NCBI GenBank assembly: GCA_021775105.1
Contig: JAJFIJ010000027.1
Span: forward strand, 1-55,542
Direction: 5' to 3'
DNA from: Rhodospirillales bacterium
Lineage (GTDB): Bacteria; Pseudomonadota; Alphaproteobacteria; Rhodospirillales; Casp-alpha2
DNA: 55,542 bases
The position numbers and the translations under genes are program-made. Below, piece by piece: positions 1 through 10,257 of the stretch; the stretch's first letter is position 1; each line of letters begins with the position of its first letter. The notes under the pieces are model-generated. The model was not told the origin of the DNA and made no database searches. It was given only the letters and a program-made list of their open reading frames with translations.

Positions 1-558
1 GAACAGGGGGTCCTGGTGTCCGAACTGGCGCCCGGCACCCGCCCGAAAGCCCGGCATTTCCCGCAGCGAAACCGGATTATTTCCGGCATATCGCGCGGCG
101 TTGTCGTTGTTGAGGCCGCACCACGCTCCGGCTCACTGATCACCGCCCGTCTAGCCCTTGAACAGGGGCGCGAAGTATTTTCCGTACCCGGCTCCGCCAT
201 GGACCCTCGCGCACGCGGAACCAATGAACTGATCCGTCAAGGTGCCTATCTCACTGAATCAGCTGCTGATGTTCTTGATGTCATTGGCACCGACCGGCCC
301 GTCAGGCTTGATACACTATCTGGCACGCCTGACCGGACGCAGGAACCTGACCCCGCCATTCCTGATGAACGGGATACAGATGACGCGCGCCGGTTAATCG
401 AACGCTGGGTCGGGTTGACACCAACCCATATGGATACGGTGCTGCGGCAAAGCGATCTGCCCTCTGACGCCCTGAATGAAGCCATCATGGAACTGGAACT
501 GGCCGGACGACTGACCCGTCATCCGGGCAATATGGTTTCCATCATCATGGGTTCCTGA
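1..558 (+). CDS. dprA: DNA-processing protein DprA (Smf), C-terminal part; the 5' end lies outside the window
   Basis: The frame is open from base 1. 'FPQRNRIISGISRGVVVVEAAPRSGSLITARLALEQGREVFSVPGS' is the conserved DprA core. It is followed by topA, a common alphaproteobacterial arrangement. Confidence 0.9.
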   Translation, partial: EQGVLVSELAPGTRPKARHFPQRNRIISGISRGVVVVEAAPRSGSLITARLALEQGREVFSVPGSAMDPRARGTNELIRQGAYLTESAADVLDVIGTDRPVRLDTLSGTPDRTQEPDPAIPDERDTDDARRLIERWVGLTPTHMDTVLRQSDLPSDALNEAIMELELAGRLTRHPGNMVSIIMGS

Positions 559-789
559 CTCCCTTCCGGCATGCGGATACGTCCCCTCAAATCAACTGAA
601 TCCAAATCCCTCCGGCACCTTTACTTCAGAGAAAAACGGGCCATTTATGGGTTTGGGAGTTGACGAAACGGCTTTCAGTTGCCAATTCTCCCTACCCGCA
701 TCAACGATTGACCATTGATCGTTCAACCGTTACAGACGGACGGCGTCCGATTTTCGGGCGCATTTTTGGAACAGGTAATCACGCTAGGT

Positions 790-3432
790 ATGAATAACGT
801 CGTCGTCGTCGAATCGCCCTCTAAGGCGAAAACCATCAACAAGTACCTTGGAAGCGATTTCACGGTTCTGGCCAGTTATGGGCACATTCGTGATTTGCCG
901 CCAAAGGACGGATCCGTTCGCCCTGATGACGATTTTTCCATGGACTGGGAAGTCGACACTAAAGCCCAGAAGCACATGAAAGATATCGTCAAGGCGCTGA
1001 AGGGGGCTGACCGTCTGTTCCTGGCAACTGACCCTGACCGTGAAGGCGAAGCCATTTCCTGGCATGTTCGTGAGGTCCTTGAGCAGGGCAAGTCCCTTGA
1101 TAACGTCGAAGTCAAACGCGTGGTGTTCAATGAAATCACCAAAGACGCCATTCTGGAAGCGTTCAAACATCCCCGGGAACTGGATGATGAACTGGTCGAA
1201 GCATATCTCGCGCGCCGTGCGCTTGATTATCTGGTCGGTTTTACATTATCGCCCGTTTTGTGGCGGAAGCTGCCTGGCAGCCGTTCTGCGGGCCGGGTTC
1301 AATCAGTGGCGCTTCGCCTGATATGCGAACGCGAAACCGAGATCGAGAACTTTACTGCCCGGGAATACTGGTCTGTAAGGGCGGACTTCAAGACCGGTGA
1401 TGGCAAAACCGTTAGCGCGACACTGACTCAGCTGAACGGCGAAAAGCTCCGGAAATTTGATCTGGGCAATGAGGCCGCTGCCCGTGCTGCCGTCAATGTT
1501 ATCGAAAATCGTGACTTTCAAGTTCAGGAAATTGAACGCAAACAGGCGCGCCGCAATCCGGCCCCGCCGTTCACCACCTCAACCCTTCAGCAGGAAGCCT
1601 CCCGCAAGCTCCGCATGAGTGCCAAGCGCACCATGCAGGTCGCCCAGCGCCTTTATGAAGGTGTCAACCTGGATGGTGAAACCGTTGGCCTGATCACTTA
1701 TATGAGAACTGATGGCGTTCAGATGTCGAACGAAGCGATTGGTGCCGCGCGGTCCCTGATCGGCACGGACTTTGGCAAGAATTACGTACCGGGTCAGCCC
1801 CGCGAATACAAAACCAAAGCCAAAAATGCACAAGAAGCACACGAAGCCATTCGCCCAACAGATATCTACCGGCGCCCAAAAGACATCGCGGCTGTTCTGG
1901 ATGATGAGCAACTCAAGCTCTACACCCTGATCTGGAGGCGCACTGTCGCCAGTCAAATGGAATCTGCCATCCTGGATCAGGTTGCCGTCAATATCGGCTC
2001 TCAGGACAAAAACGCAATTTTACGAGCAACCGGCTCAGTTGTCGCTTTCGACGGCTTTTTCAAGCTGTACATGGAAGGCCAGGACGACGCTGACGGCAGT
2101 GAACTCAGTGGCGGGAAAGATAGCGAGGACCGACTGTTACCACCACTTCGCGAAAATCAGACCCTGGCGCGGCACAGCGTCACGCCGGACCAGCATTTCA
2201 CCCAGCCTCCGCCCCGGTTTTCCGAAGCCAGTCTGGTCAAGACTCTGGAAGAACTGGGAATCGGACGTCCGTCGACCTATGCCAGCATTATCTCCGTCCT
2301 TCAGGAACGCAACTACGTCACGCTGGACAAACGCCGTTTCACACCAGAAGACCGTGGCCGGGTCGTGACAACGTTCCTCGAAAGTTATTTTACCCGATAC
2401 GTCGCCTATGACTTTACAGCCGACCTGGAAAACAAGCTCGATGAAATTTCCGGCGGGCGTATCGAATGGAAAAAAGTATTACGTGATTTCTGGGGTGATT
2501 TTGATTCTGCCGTCGCTGAAACCAAGGATCTGCGCGTTTCTGAAGTTCTTGATAAACTGGACGAACTGCTGGGACCGCATTTCTTCCGCCCCGGTGAAGA
2601 TGGTAGCGACCCCAGAAAATGCCCGACCTGCGACGATGGCCGCCTTAATCTGAAGCTCGGCAAATTCGGTGCCTTTATCGGTTGTTCAAATTACCCGGAA
2701 TGTCGTTTTACCCGCCCGCTTGAAGTCACCAAGGGAGGAGATACGGACGCCGCAGCCAACGGACCGGTCGAATTGGGAGTACATCCTGATAACGGGAAAA
2801 TAATTACGCTTCGCAAAGGCCCTTACGGTATGTATGTTCAGTTGGGTGAAGAAGAAGAGGTGGTCGTACCGCCGCCAATTCTGAAATCCGGTGCCAAATC
2901 CAAAAAGAAACCAACGATCAAGAAAATCAAACCCAAGCGCACATCCCTGCCGCGAACAATGAGCCCGGCATCCGTTGATCTGGATGTCGCCATTGGCCTG
3001 CTCGGACTTCCGCGTGAGATTGGTATTGATCCGGAAACACAGGACATGATTACGGCGGCCATCGGTCGTTTCGGTCCCTATATTAAACGCGGCGGCACCT
3101 ATGTTTCGCTGAAGGGCGATGATGATGTGCTGACAATTGGCCTGAATCGGGCGGTCATATTAATGGCGAACGCGCCGAAGAAAGATCCGCCAACGGAAAT
3201 CGGCCCGCATCCCAAAGACAAAAAAATCATCACCATGAAACAGGGGCGTTGGGGGTTTTTTGTTCAACACGGTCGCACCATGGCAACCCTGCCGAAAGGT
3301 ACAGACAAGGATTCCGTCACGCTGGAACAGGCGGTCGAACTGATCAATGCCAAATCCGGCAAGAAGGCACCTGCCAAAAAGAAAGCAGCCGGCAAAAAGA
3401 AACCGGCAGCCAAAAAAGCGAAAACCGGTTAA
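790..3432 (+). CDS. topA: DNA topoisomerase I
   Basis: TOPRIM start 'MNNVVVVESPSKAKTINKYLG', 'ATDPDREGEAISWH', active-site Tyr region 'GLITYMRTDG', Cys4 ribbon 'CPTCDDG...CSNYPEC', Lys-rich tail. The ATG at 790 is preferred over the TTG at 715 used by the ORF track. Confidence 0.95.
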   Translation: MNNVVVVESPSKAKTINKYLGSDFTVLASYGHIRDLPPKDGSVRPDDDFSMDWEVDTKAQKHMKDIVKALKGADRLFLATDPDREGEAISWHVREVLEQGKSLDNVEVKRVVFNEITKDAILEAFKHPRELDDELVEAYLARRALDYLVGFTLSPVLWRKLPGSRSAGRVQSVALRLICERETEIENFTAREYWSVRADFKTGDGKTVSATLTQLNGEKLRKFDLGNEAAARAAVNVIENRDFQVQEIERKQARRNPAPPFTTSTLQQEASRKLRMSAKRTMQVAQRLYEGVNLDGETVGLITYMRTDGVQMSNEAIGAARSLIGTDFGKNYVPGQPREYKTKAKNAQEAHEAIRPTDIYRRPKDIAAVLDDEQLKLYTLIWRRTVASQMESAILDQVAVNIGSQDKNAILRATGSVVAFDGFFKLYMEGQDDADGSELSGGKDSEDRLLPPLRENQTLARHSVTPDQHFTQPPPRFSEASLVKTLEELGIGRPSTYASIISVLQERNYVTLDKRRFTPEDRGRVVTTFLESYFTRYVAYDFTADLENKLDEISGGRIEWKKVLRDFWGDFDSAVAETKDLRVSEVLDKLDELLGPHFFRPGEDGSDPRKCPTCDDGRLNLKLGKFGAFIGCSNYPECRFTRPLEVTKGGDTDAAANGPVELGVHPDNGKIITLRKGPYGMYVQLGEEEEVVVPPPILKSGAKSKKKPTIKKIKPKRTSLPRTMSPASVDLDVAIGLLGLPREIGIDPETQDMITAAIGRFGPYIKRGGTYVSLKGDDDVLTIGLNRAVILMANAPKKDPPTEIGPHPKDKKIITMKQGRWGFFVQHGRTMATLPKGTDKDSVTLEQAVELINAKSGKKAPAKKKAAGKKKPAAKKAKTG

Positions 3433-3468
3433 AAGCCTTGTTTCTGCATCGCCCCAGGAGGTCAGCTC

Positions 3469-5721
3469 ATGGCAGGCCGTGAACGGAAGCCATCATCGTT
3501 ACCCGACCGCGAACAGATACTGGAATTCATTCGTAAAAACCCGCACGCCTCAGGCAAGCGTGAAATCTCGCGCGCTTTCGGGCTGAATTCCGAACAAAAA
3601 CGCGACCTGAAAAAACTGCTTCGTGAAATGCAGACCGAGGGTACCCTGCAACGCGGGCGCGGGAAAAAACTGATGGAAGCGGGAAAATTGCCGGGCGTCG
3701 GTGTGATAGAAATCGTTGGTCCGGACGAAGACGGCGAACTGGTCGCAAGGCCTCTTAACTGGGATGAAGATCAGCCCTCCCCGATCATCTATATGGCCCC
3801 GGAACGAAGCGGCCAGCCTGCCCTGGGTAAAGGTGACCGGGCGCTTGCCAAGCTCACTGAACTGGGCGACGGGACCTATTCGGGGAAAACCATCCGACGT
3901 ATTTCAGCCGCGCCGACACGCATCATGGGAATTGTTGTTGTTGTCGAAGGCGAGGTTCGAATTCGTCCGACAGACCGGCGTTCGAAAAATGAGATGATTG
4001 TTCGCCCTGATGACCTGAATGGTGCCGAACCGGGAGATCTGGTGCTGTCTGAAGTCATTCCCGGGCGACGCCTGGGGCTTCGCCATGCCCGCGTAACCGA
4101 GCGACTGGATAGCATGGACGGAAAAGTCACAAGCCTCATTGCGATCCATCAACACGACATCCCGATTGATTTTCCGGCGTCGGCACTTTCGCTGGCGGAC
4201 AAGGCAAAAGGCGTTGCTCCGAACAACCGCGTTGATCTTCGCGACATTCCGCTGGTGACCATCGACGGTGCCGATGCCCGCGACTTTGATGATGCCGTCT
4301 GGGCGGAAAAAGACATCGATCCGAAAAACAAAGACGGATGGCACCTGATGGTCGCCATTGCTGATGTTGCTTGGTATGTGCGCCCCGGTGACGCGCTCGA
4401 CCGCGAAGCCTACAAACGGGGAAACTCAGTCTATTTTCCGGATCGGGTTGTGCCAATGTTGCCGGAGGCGCTGTCGAACGGCTGGTGTTCACTTGTCCCT
4501 GATGAAGATCGCCCTTGTCTGGTTGCCGAAATGTGGATTGACGCGGATGGAAAATTGCTGCGCCACAAATTTCTCCGGGCATTGATGCGCTCCGCCGCGC
4601 GTCTGACCTACACGGAAGCCCAAGCCGCTTATGATGGTCGCCTGGACGACAAGACGTCTTCAATGATAAAAACGGTTATCGCGCCCCTCTACGGGGCATA
4701 TGAAGCACTCGCATCAGCCAGAGTGGCGCGACGCGCCCTTGAACTGGACCTGCCGGAAAAACAGGTTCAGCTGACAAAAGATGGATCAATCAAGGCTATT
4801 ATCGAACGGGAACGACTGGATAGTCATAAACTGATTGAAGAGTTTATGATAACCGCCAATGTTGCCGCAGCGCAGGCTCTGGAGAAGAAACGTCAACCCT
4901 GCATGTATCGCATTCATGATCAGCCATCACCGGAAAAACTCAACACGCTCTCCGATTTCCTCGACTCAATTAACCTCAGATATGCCAAAGGGCAGGTCGC
5001 CGAACCCGGCCAGTTCAACCGGATTCTGAAAAAAGCCGACGGAACACCCGAGTTTCACATGATTAACCAGATAATCCTTAGAACGCAGGCTCAAGCAGAA
5101 TACAGTCCTCAGAACATCGGTCATTTCGGATTGTCTTTACAAAAATACTGCCATTTCACCTCCCCTATTCGGAGATATTCAGATTTGCTGGTGCATCGGG
5201 CGTTGATTAGCGGTTATGGACTGGGCGAAGGGGGGCTGGGCCGCGATGAAATCGACTTCAGTGCCGTTGGCGAACATATTTCAGGTACCGAGCGCCGTGC
5301 AGCGGTGGCTGAGCGTGATACGGTTGATCGATTTGTTGCCGAATACATGTCATCACAGATCAGCGCGACATTCGATGGACGGGTCAACGGTGTAACCCGA
5401 TTTGGCCTGTTTGTTACATTAAATGAGACCGGCGCAGACGGTCTTATTCCCATCAGTTCATTACCCGGCGATTATTACGATCTGGATGATGCACGGCACT
5501 CCCTGATCGGGCGGCAAAGCGCCAGAGAATATCGTCTCGGTCAACAAATCGAAGTCCGCCTGCTTGAGGCAAACCCAGTGACCGGCGGACTGATTTTCGC
5601 GGTTATGGATTCGGGTGAGGGTTACGAAATCGGCCCCAAACGAAACAACTCGAGGCGCCCGCGTCCAAGCGGGAAAAAAAATAAAAAGCACAGAACCCAT
5701 AAAAACAGGCAGAAACGGTAA
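3469..5721 (+). CDS. rnr: Ribonuclease R (RNase II/R family 3'-5' exoribonuclease)
   Basis: RNB-domain motif 'TIDGADARDFDDAVWAE', 'HFGLSLQKYCHFTSPIRRYSDLLVHR', C-terminal S1-like region and basic tail. AGGAGG lies 7 nt upstream of the ATG. Confidence 0.93.
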   Translation: MAGRERKPSSLPDREQILEFIRKNPHASGKREISRAFGLNSEQKRDLKKLLREMQTEGTLQRGRGKKLMEAGKLPGVGVIEIVGPDEDGELVARPLNWDEDQPSPIIYMAPERSGQPALGKGDRALAKLTELGDGTYSGKTIRRISAAPTRIMGIVVVVEGEVRIRPTDRRSKNEMIVRPDDLNGAEPGDLVLSEVIPGRRLGLRHARVTERLDSMDGKVTSLIAIHQHDIPIDFPASALSLADKAKGVAPNNRVDLRDIPLVTIDGADARDFDDAVWAEKDIDPKNKDGWHLMVAIADVAWYVRPGDALDREAYKRGNSVYFPDRVVPMLPEALSNGWCSLVPDEDRPCLVAEMWIDADGKLLRHKFLRALMRSAARLTYTEAQAAYDGRLDDKTSSMIKTVIAPLYGAYEALASARVARRALELDLPEKQVQLTKDGSIKAIIERERLDSHKLIEEFMITANVAAAQALEKKRQPCMYRIHDQPSPEKLNTLSDFLDSINLRYAKGQVAEPGQFNRILKKADGTPEFHMINQIILRTQAQAEYSPQNIGHFGLSLQKYCHFTSPIRRYSDLLVHRALISGYGLGEGGLGRDEIDFSAVGEHISGTERRAAVAERDTVDRFVAEYMSSQISATFDGRVNGVTRFGLFVTLNETGADGLIPISSLPGDYYDLDDARHSLIGRQSAREYRLGQQIEVRLLEANPVTGGLIFAVMDSGEGYEIGPKRNNSRRPRPSGKKNKKHRTHKNRQKR

Positions 5722-5797
5722 TCCTGTTTCAAATATTTACGTCATCATTTCAAGAGAATTGGTGACGTCGGGCCGAAAATCGCCGAAAATCAGCTTC

Positions 5798-7360
5798 ATG
5801 AGAGACTCGATCAGATATATTTGGCACGTCGGTGTATTGGCATTGGTCGTCATACTAGGTGCCTGCGCAGTTCCCTACGTACCGACACCTGCGGTTGTTA
5901 AGGCAGATCGACAGGAATTGATGGAGGTCTTTTCCGCCGGTTATCGCAATATTACAGAAAAATATATTGAGGATGTAAGCGTGGAAACTGTTGCCCTTGG
6001 TGGACTGGGCGGCTTTTCATCAATTGACCCGGCGCTCACGGTCGACAATGAGGCCGGGCAGATCACCCTCAGCTATTCCGGAGATTTCATCAAGGTGATC
6101 AAGGCTCCCGCTGCTGATAACGTTATCGGTTGGGCCGCGCTGACATCAGACATGACCATTGCGGCGAAAGACGTATCGGCTGATATGGGGGGGGCCAGCA
6201 AAGAGAAAATATTTGAAGCCGTGTTTGACGGCGTTCTGTCGGGACTGGATATTTTTTCACGTTATGCAGGAGCTGAAGAAGCAAAAAAAAACCGGGCACG
6301 GCGAGATGGATTTGGCGGCATTGGCATCAATTTTCATGTCAAAAACAAACAGACCTTGATCAGCAAGGTGTTACCCGGAACACCCGCCTATAAAGCGGGT
6401 CTGAAAAAAGGTGATATAATTACAGAAATCGATGGCAAAACGGTCGCCGGTTTCGACAATTCCGACATTATTTTACTGCTGCGCGGTCCGACCAAAACCA
6501 ATATTGATATCAGGATTATGCGCAAACCGTTTTCGTCGCCAATGACATTTTCCATGACCCGGACACATATCGTCCCGGTGACCGTTACTGAAAGCCGGGA
6601 TCATGGCATTCTGAAATTCAGGATTTCCAGTTTTAACCAGGACACGGCACGTGCGCTGGCCAGCAAACTGGCGAAAGCCAAGTCGGAAATGGGGAAAAGC
6701 CTGAAAGGGGTTGTTCTTGATCTTCGCGGCAATCCGGGTGGTTTGTTGAAACAATCGGTAAAGGTCGCCGACCTGTTATTGACCCACGGCGGGATCGTCT
6801 CAACCAAAGGTCGCCATCTCGACAGCCTGCACAGTTACGAAGCTGGCGGACGGGATCTGGCAGACGGGCTACCCGTTGTCGTATTTATCGATGGCAAATC
6901 GGCCTCGGCAGCTGAAATTGTTGCCGCTGCACTTCAGGACAGAAACCGTGCAGTCCTGATCGGCACGGCGTCTTATGGCAAGGGAACGGTACAGACGGTC
7001 ATTCGTCTTCCCAATGACGGTGAAATCACCTTGACCTGGTCACGGTTTCTGGCACCGTCCGGTTATCCGCTTCACGGTCTGGGCGTTCGACCCGTGATCT
7101 GTACATCGGATCAGAAAACCAGTCCTGAATATATCGACAGGACATTGTCGGCAGGGCCAGAGCTAAAAGCCACCTTCGAATCGTGGAGAATCCCCGTGTT
7201 GCAGCCGGCTGAGGCGAGAAACAAGCTCAGAAAGTCCTGCCCTGCCGAAAAACACGATGCCGATACAGAAATGGAAGTTGCCAAACGAATCCTTGGCGAC
7301 ACCACGATTTATACGAAAACACTGGATTTATCGACGGGCACCAGTCAGGCTCGGAAATAA
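5798..7360 (+). CDS. S41 family C-terminal processing peptidase, probable lipoprotein
   Basis: Lipobox 'VVILGAC', PDZ-like 'VLPGTPAYKAGLKKGDIITEIDG', 'LDLRGNPGGLL', 'DGKSASAAEIVAAALQD', 'GKGTVQT'. The ATG at 5798 removes the overlap with rnr that the 5615 ORF start would create. Confidence 0.85.
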   Translation: MRDSIRYIWHVGVLALVVILGACAVPYVPTPAVVKADRQELMEVFSAGYRNITEKYIEDVSVETVALGGLGGFSSIDPALTVDNEAGQITLSYSGDFIKVIKAPAADNVIGWAALTSDMTIAAKDVSADMGGASKEKIFEAVFDGVLSGLDIFSRYAGAEEAKKNRARRDGFGGIGINFHVKNKQTLISKVLPGTPAYKAGLKKGDIITEIDGKTVAGFDNSDIILLLRGPTKTNIDIRIMRKPFSSPMTFSMTRTHIVPVTVTESRDHGILKFRISSFNQDTARALASKLAKAKSEMGKSLKGVVLDLRGNPGGLLKQSVKVADLLLTHGGIVSTKGRHLDSLHSYEAGGRDLADGLPVVVFIDGKSASAAEIVAAALQDRNRAVLIGTASYGKGTVQTVIRLPNDGEITLTWSRFLAPSGYPLHGLGVRPVICTSDQKTSPEYIDRTLSAGPELKATFESWRIPVLQPAEARNKLRKSCPAEKHDADTEMEVAKRILGDTTIYTKTLDLSTGTSQARK

Positions 7361-7396
7361 GCCGAGGCCTTGCACTACCTCCGCATAAACATGACC

Positions 7397-7424
7397 TTGA
7401 CACCTACGGCCTGCGTTGTATTGT
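7397..7424 (+). promoter_or_regulatory. Candidate sigma-70 promoter for rpmG (TTGACA-16 nt-TATTGT)
   Basis: TTGACA at 7397-7402 and TATTGT at 7419-7424, about 45 nt upstream of the rpmG ATG. Confidence 0.35.
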
Positions 7425-7468
7425 GCGCCGCTCAAGTTTAATTTGTGACTTTCGATGGAAGCTAAATC

Positions 7469-7636
7469 ATGGCAAAGCCAACCGTGCAACTCATAAAACT
7501 CGTCAGCACTGCTGACACCGGGTATTACTACGTGACCAAGAAAAACCCACGCAATTCGACGGAAAAATTTGAGTTCCGCAAATACGATCCGGTTGTTCGC
7601 AAACACGTGATTTTCAAGGAAGCCAAGATCAAGTGA
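7469..7636 (+). CDS. rpmG: 50S ribosomal protein L33 (55 aa; below the ORF-track size cutoff)
   Basis: My own translation: [55 protein letters not shown]. This is a typical L33 sequence. A terminator hairpin follows. Confidence 0.9.
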   Translation: MAKPTVQLIKLVSTADTGYYYVTKKNPRNSTEKFEFRKYDPVVRKHVIFKEAKIK

Positions 7637-7660
7637 TCTGAGCGGTTCCATCCTTTCGCA

Positions 7661-7683
7661 CAAACAAAACGGTCGGGGGTTCC
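7661..7683 (+). terminator. Rho-independent terminator after rpmG
   Basis: GGTCGGG-GGTT-CCCGGCC stem-loop (one G-U pair) followed by TTTTT. Confidence 0.6.
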
Positions 7684-7717
7684 CGGCCTTTTTGCTGTCC
7701 TGTCGAATAAGTGATCC

Positions 7718-8083
7718 CTAATTCAGGAACATTGCCACCGTATCGAGAAAGGTCGGTACGGAAATCGGCTTGGCAATATACCCTTCGCAACCGCCTTCGC
7801 GGATTTTTTCTTCGTCACCCTTCATCGCAAATGCGGTGACAGCAACCACTGGAATTGATTTCAGTTCATCATCGGCCTTCAACATTTTGGTGACTTCCAG
7901 TCCGGAAATTTCAGGCAACTGAATATCCATCAAAATCAAATCAGGTTTGTGTTCGTAAGCCAGGCTCATCACATCACGTCCATCCATGGTCTGAATGGTA
8001 TCGTAACCATGTGCCTGCAACAGATCGTTGAACAGCTTCATGTTGAGATCATTATCTTCAACAATGAGAATGGTTTTGGCCAT
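7718..8083 (-). CDS. divK: Single-domain response regulator, DivK-like
   Basis: '[18 protein letters not shown]', '[24 protein letters not shown]', '[33 protein letters not shown]' are nearly colinear with Caulobacter DivK as I remember it. Confidence 0.85.
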   Translation of the reverse strand: MAKTILIVEDNDLNMKLFNDLLQAHGYDTIQTMDGRDVMSLAYEHKPDLILMDIQLPEISGLEVTKMLKADDELKSIPVVAVTAFAMKGDEEKIREGGCEGYIAKPISVPTFLDTVAMFLN

Positions 8084-8343
8084 TATTCACCCTTACGCCT
8101 ACAGCGGTTTCACCGCCTTTTTTTAAAAACACCTGTTATCTGCCTGATAACGAACCGACAGCTTGCGATGATCGTATTCAGGTAATCCCCCCAGATCAAC
8201 TGATATGGTAGATCAAATCATGTATCATTCATTGCCACAAGTCAAACGACCGCATTGAAAACATTAAAAAAACGAGGCTGTCAGCATGCTCTTCTACCCT
8301 GGCCACACAGTGATCGAACGGTAGCGGCATTCTGCATACCAGT

Positions 8344-9042
8344 TTATTCACCCCGGACTTCTTCAACCATTTCACTCAATTGTTCGATATTGCCTATTAC
8401 GAGGGCATCTTTGCGCCTTTCGACGACTCCCTGACGGGCAAGATCGTTCATCACGCGGGCAACGGTTTCGCGTGTCGTGCTGACCCGGCTGGCAATATCG
8501 CTATGGACGGGAATGGGTTTAATGATGGCACAGATGTCGTCCTCGGAAAACTCCCGGGCCTGACGGAGAACTTCGGCCTGCACGCGGTTGTTGGCTGCAA
8601 GCGTGCTCAAATCCATGATACGTTCCGTCGAACTTCGCACCATACCGGCCAGATCTTCCATCAACCTCAAGGCCATCTGCGGGTGCTCCTGGACGATCGC
8701 CCTGAAACGATCCTGTGAGAGTGAAGCAACCAGACAATTATTCATTGCCATGACGCTGGCTGATCGCGGCTGTCCATCAATCGCTGCCAACTCACCGAAA
8801 TGCTCGCCCTGCCCCAATTCATCGAAGGTAATTTCCCGCCCCGACAATGAATAATTAACAATTCGGACTCGTCCTTCGGCAACAAAAAATATGTCCGTAG
8901 TGTCGCTCTGCCGGTCAATAATCTGTTCTTGGGAACTGTAATGACGCCAGCTACATTGCTGTTCCAGCTCTGCCAGTTCCGCTTCCGACAGATCGCCCAA
9001 CAGCGCAATCGCAGAAAGACTGCCTTTCAAATTCTCAGACAT
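8344..9042 (-). CDS. Crp/Fnr-family transcriptional regulator with cNMP-binding domain
   Basis: 'FGELAAIDGQPRSASVMA' cNMP-binding signature and C-terminal HTH 'HSDIASRVSTTRETVARVMNDLARQG'. The ATG at 9042 has GGGGGAG upstream; the ORF-track start at 9078 is a GTG. Confidence 0.85.
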   Translation of the reverse strand: MSENLKGSLSAIALLGDLSEAELAELEQQCSWRHYSSQEQIIDRQSDTTDIFFVAEGRVRIVNYSLSGREITFDELGQGEHFGELAAIDGQPRSASVMAMNNCLVASLSQDRFRAIVQEHPQMALRLMEDLAGMVRSSTERIMDLSTLAANNRVQAEVLRQAREFSEDDICAIIKPIPVHSDIASRVSTTRETVARVMNDLARQGVVERRKDALVIGNIEQLSEMVEEVRGE

Positions 9043-9197
9043 TGTTCTCCCCCAAGTGTTACTGGTTTTCGTTACCACCAGTCGCTCGCCATTAATTGCA
9101 CTCGACGTTTGAATTGATGATAAACAGGAATTTGGCCGTTGGCGAGAGGATCATTGGTTAATATTCACATGCGTGGTGCTTGCTCCCTACCCATACC

Positions 9198-10253
9198 ATG
9201 TTTAAGGTTTCGCCGGTTCGTCGTTTGAAAAGCAGGTCCCCTTTGGCGATACCCGGAAAATCCACTACTAAAACAACCAGACAAAGTACAAAAATTGCTG
9301 TTGTCATACCATGCTTTCGTGAGCGTCTTCATATCCTGGAGGTGTTGGATGCGATTGGCCCCGAAACTGGTGCCATTTTTGTTATCGATGATGCCTGCCC
9401 TGACCAAACAGCTGATCTGGTTGAAGAGAAATGTAAAGACCCTCGGGTTCAAGTGATACGCCATGACACGAATCAGGGGGTTGGCGGTGCAACGTTGACG
9501 GGATACCGGCATGCACTTGATGCGGGGTTTGATATCATCGTCAAACTGGATGGTGACGGTCAGATGAACCCGGACCAGATTCCAAGACTGATTGCGCCGG
9601 TTGTGTCCGGTCTGGCCGATTATGCCAAAGGCAACCGTTTTCACCGTGCGGATGCCGTTACCGCTATGCCGTGGACCCGAATTGCCGGCAATATTGCGCT
9701 GTCATTGATGTCAAAAATGTCGAGCGGTTACTGGAACATTTTCGATCCCACTAACGGTTATACGGCAATCCACTCGACAGCGGCACGAAACCTGCCTGCT
9801 GGCAGGATTTCCAGGGGATATTTCTTTGAATCTGAACTGTTGTTCCGTCTTGGCATGATGCGGGCAGTTGTTGAAGACGTGCCGATGACCGCCCAGTATG
9901 GGAAAGAAACAAGCGGCATCAGCATTCCCAGGGTTATTCCTGAATTTATCGCCAAACATTATATAAATACCTGCAAGCGCATCTATTTTAACTATTTCCT
10001 CCGCGATCCGGGCGTCGCAACAGTACAGCTTGTATTTGGCAAGCTGTTTACAGGGTTTGGCCTTATTTTCGGTGGCTGGAACTGGTATGACAGCATTCAG
10101 ACCGGTATCAACGCCAGTGCCGGAACCGTCGTCCTGGCCGCCTTGCCAATAATTATCGGACTGCAACTCCTGTTCGCGTTTTTCGGGCAGGATGTGCGGA
10201 ATGTGCCGACAACGCCATTGCAATCTCTGGAACTTCCGTCAGGCGATGGCTGA
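9198..10253 (+). CDS. Family 2 glycosyltransferase with C-terminal membrane helices
   Basis: 'IAVVIPCFRE', 'IFVIDDACPDQT', 'NQGVGGATLTGY', 'KLDGDGQMNP' (GT2 DxD region), hydrophobic C-terminus. Start is ambiguous (9180 TTG or 9198 ATG). Confidence 0.8.
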   Translation: MFKVSPVRRLKSRSPLAIPGKSTTKTTRQSTKIAVVIPCFRERLHILEVLDAIGPETGAIFVIDDACPDQTADLVEEKCKDPRVQVIRHDTNQGVGGATLTGYRHALDAGFDIIVKLDGDGQMNPDQIPRLIAPVVSGLADYAKGNRFHRADAVTAMPWTRIAGNIALSLMSKMSSGYWNIFDPTNGYTAIHSTAARNLPAGRISRGYFFESELLFRLGMMRAVVEDVPMTAQYGKETSGISIPRVIPEFIAKHYINTCKRIYFNYFLRDPGVATVQLVFGKLFTGFGLIFGGWNWYDSIQTGINASAGTVVLAALPIIIGLQLLFAFFGQDVRNVPTTPLQSLELPSGDG

Positions 10254-10257
10254 CCCG

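Noticed and set aside
715-789. N-terminal extension of topA from the TTG at 715, and likewise 5615-5797 for the S41 peptidase
   Set aside because: The conserved TOPRIM start MNNVVVVESPSKA begins at the ATG at 790. The peptidase extension would overlap rnr by about 100 nt and precede the lipoprotein signal peptide.
7328-7663. 111-aa minus-strand ORF
   Set aside because: It is antisense to rpmG (L33), which is unmistakable on the plus strand.
8104-8124. Hairpin GCGGT-TTC-ACCGC followed by T7 on the plus strand
   Set aside because: It looks terminator-like, but the stem is only 5 bp and there is no plus-strand gene upstream. On the minus strand it lacks a T-tract. Not called as a terminator.
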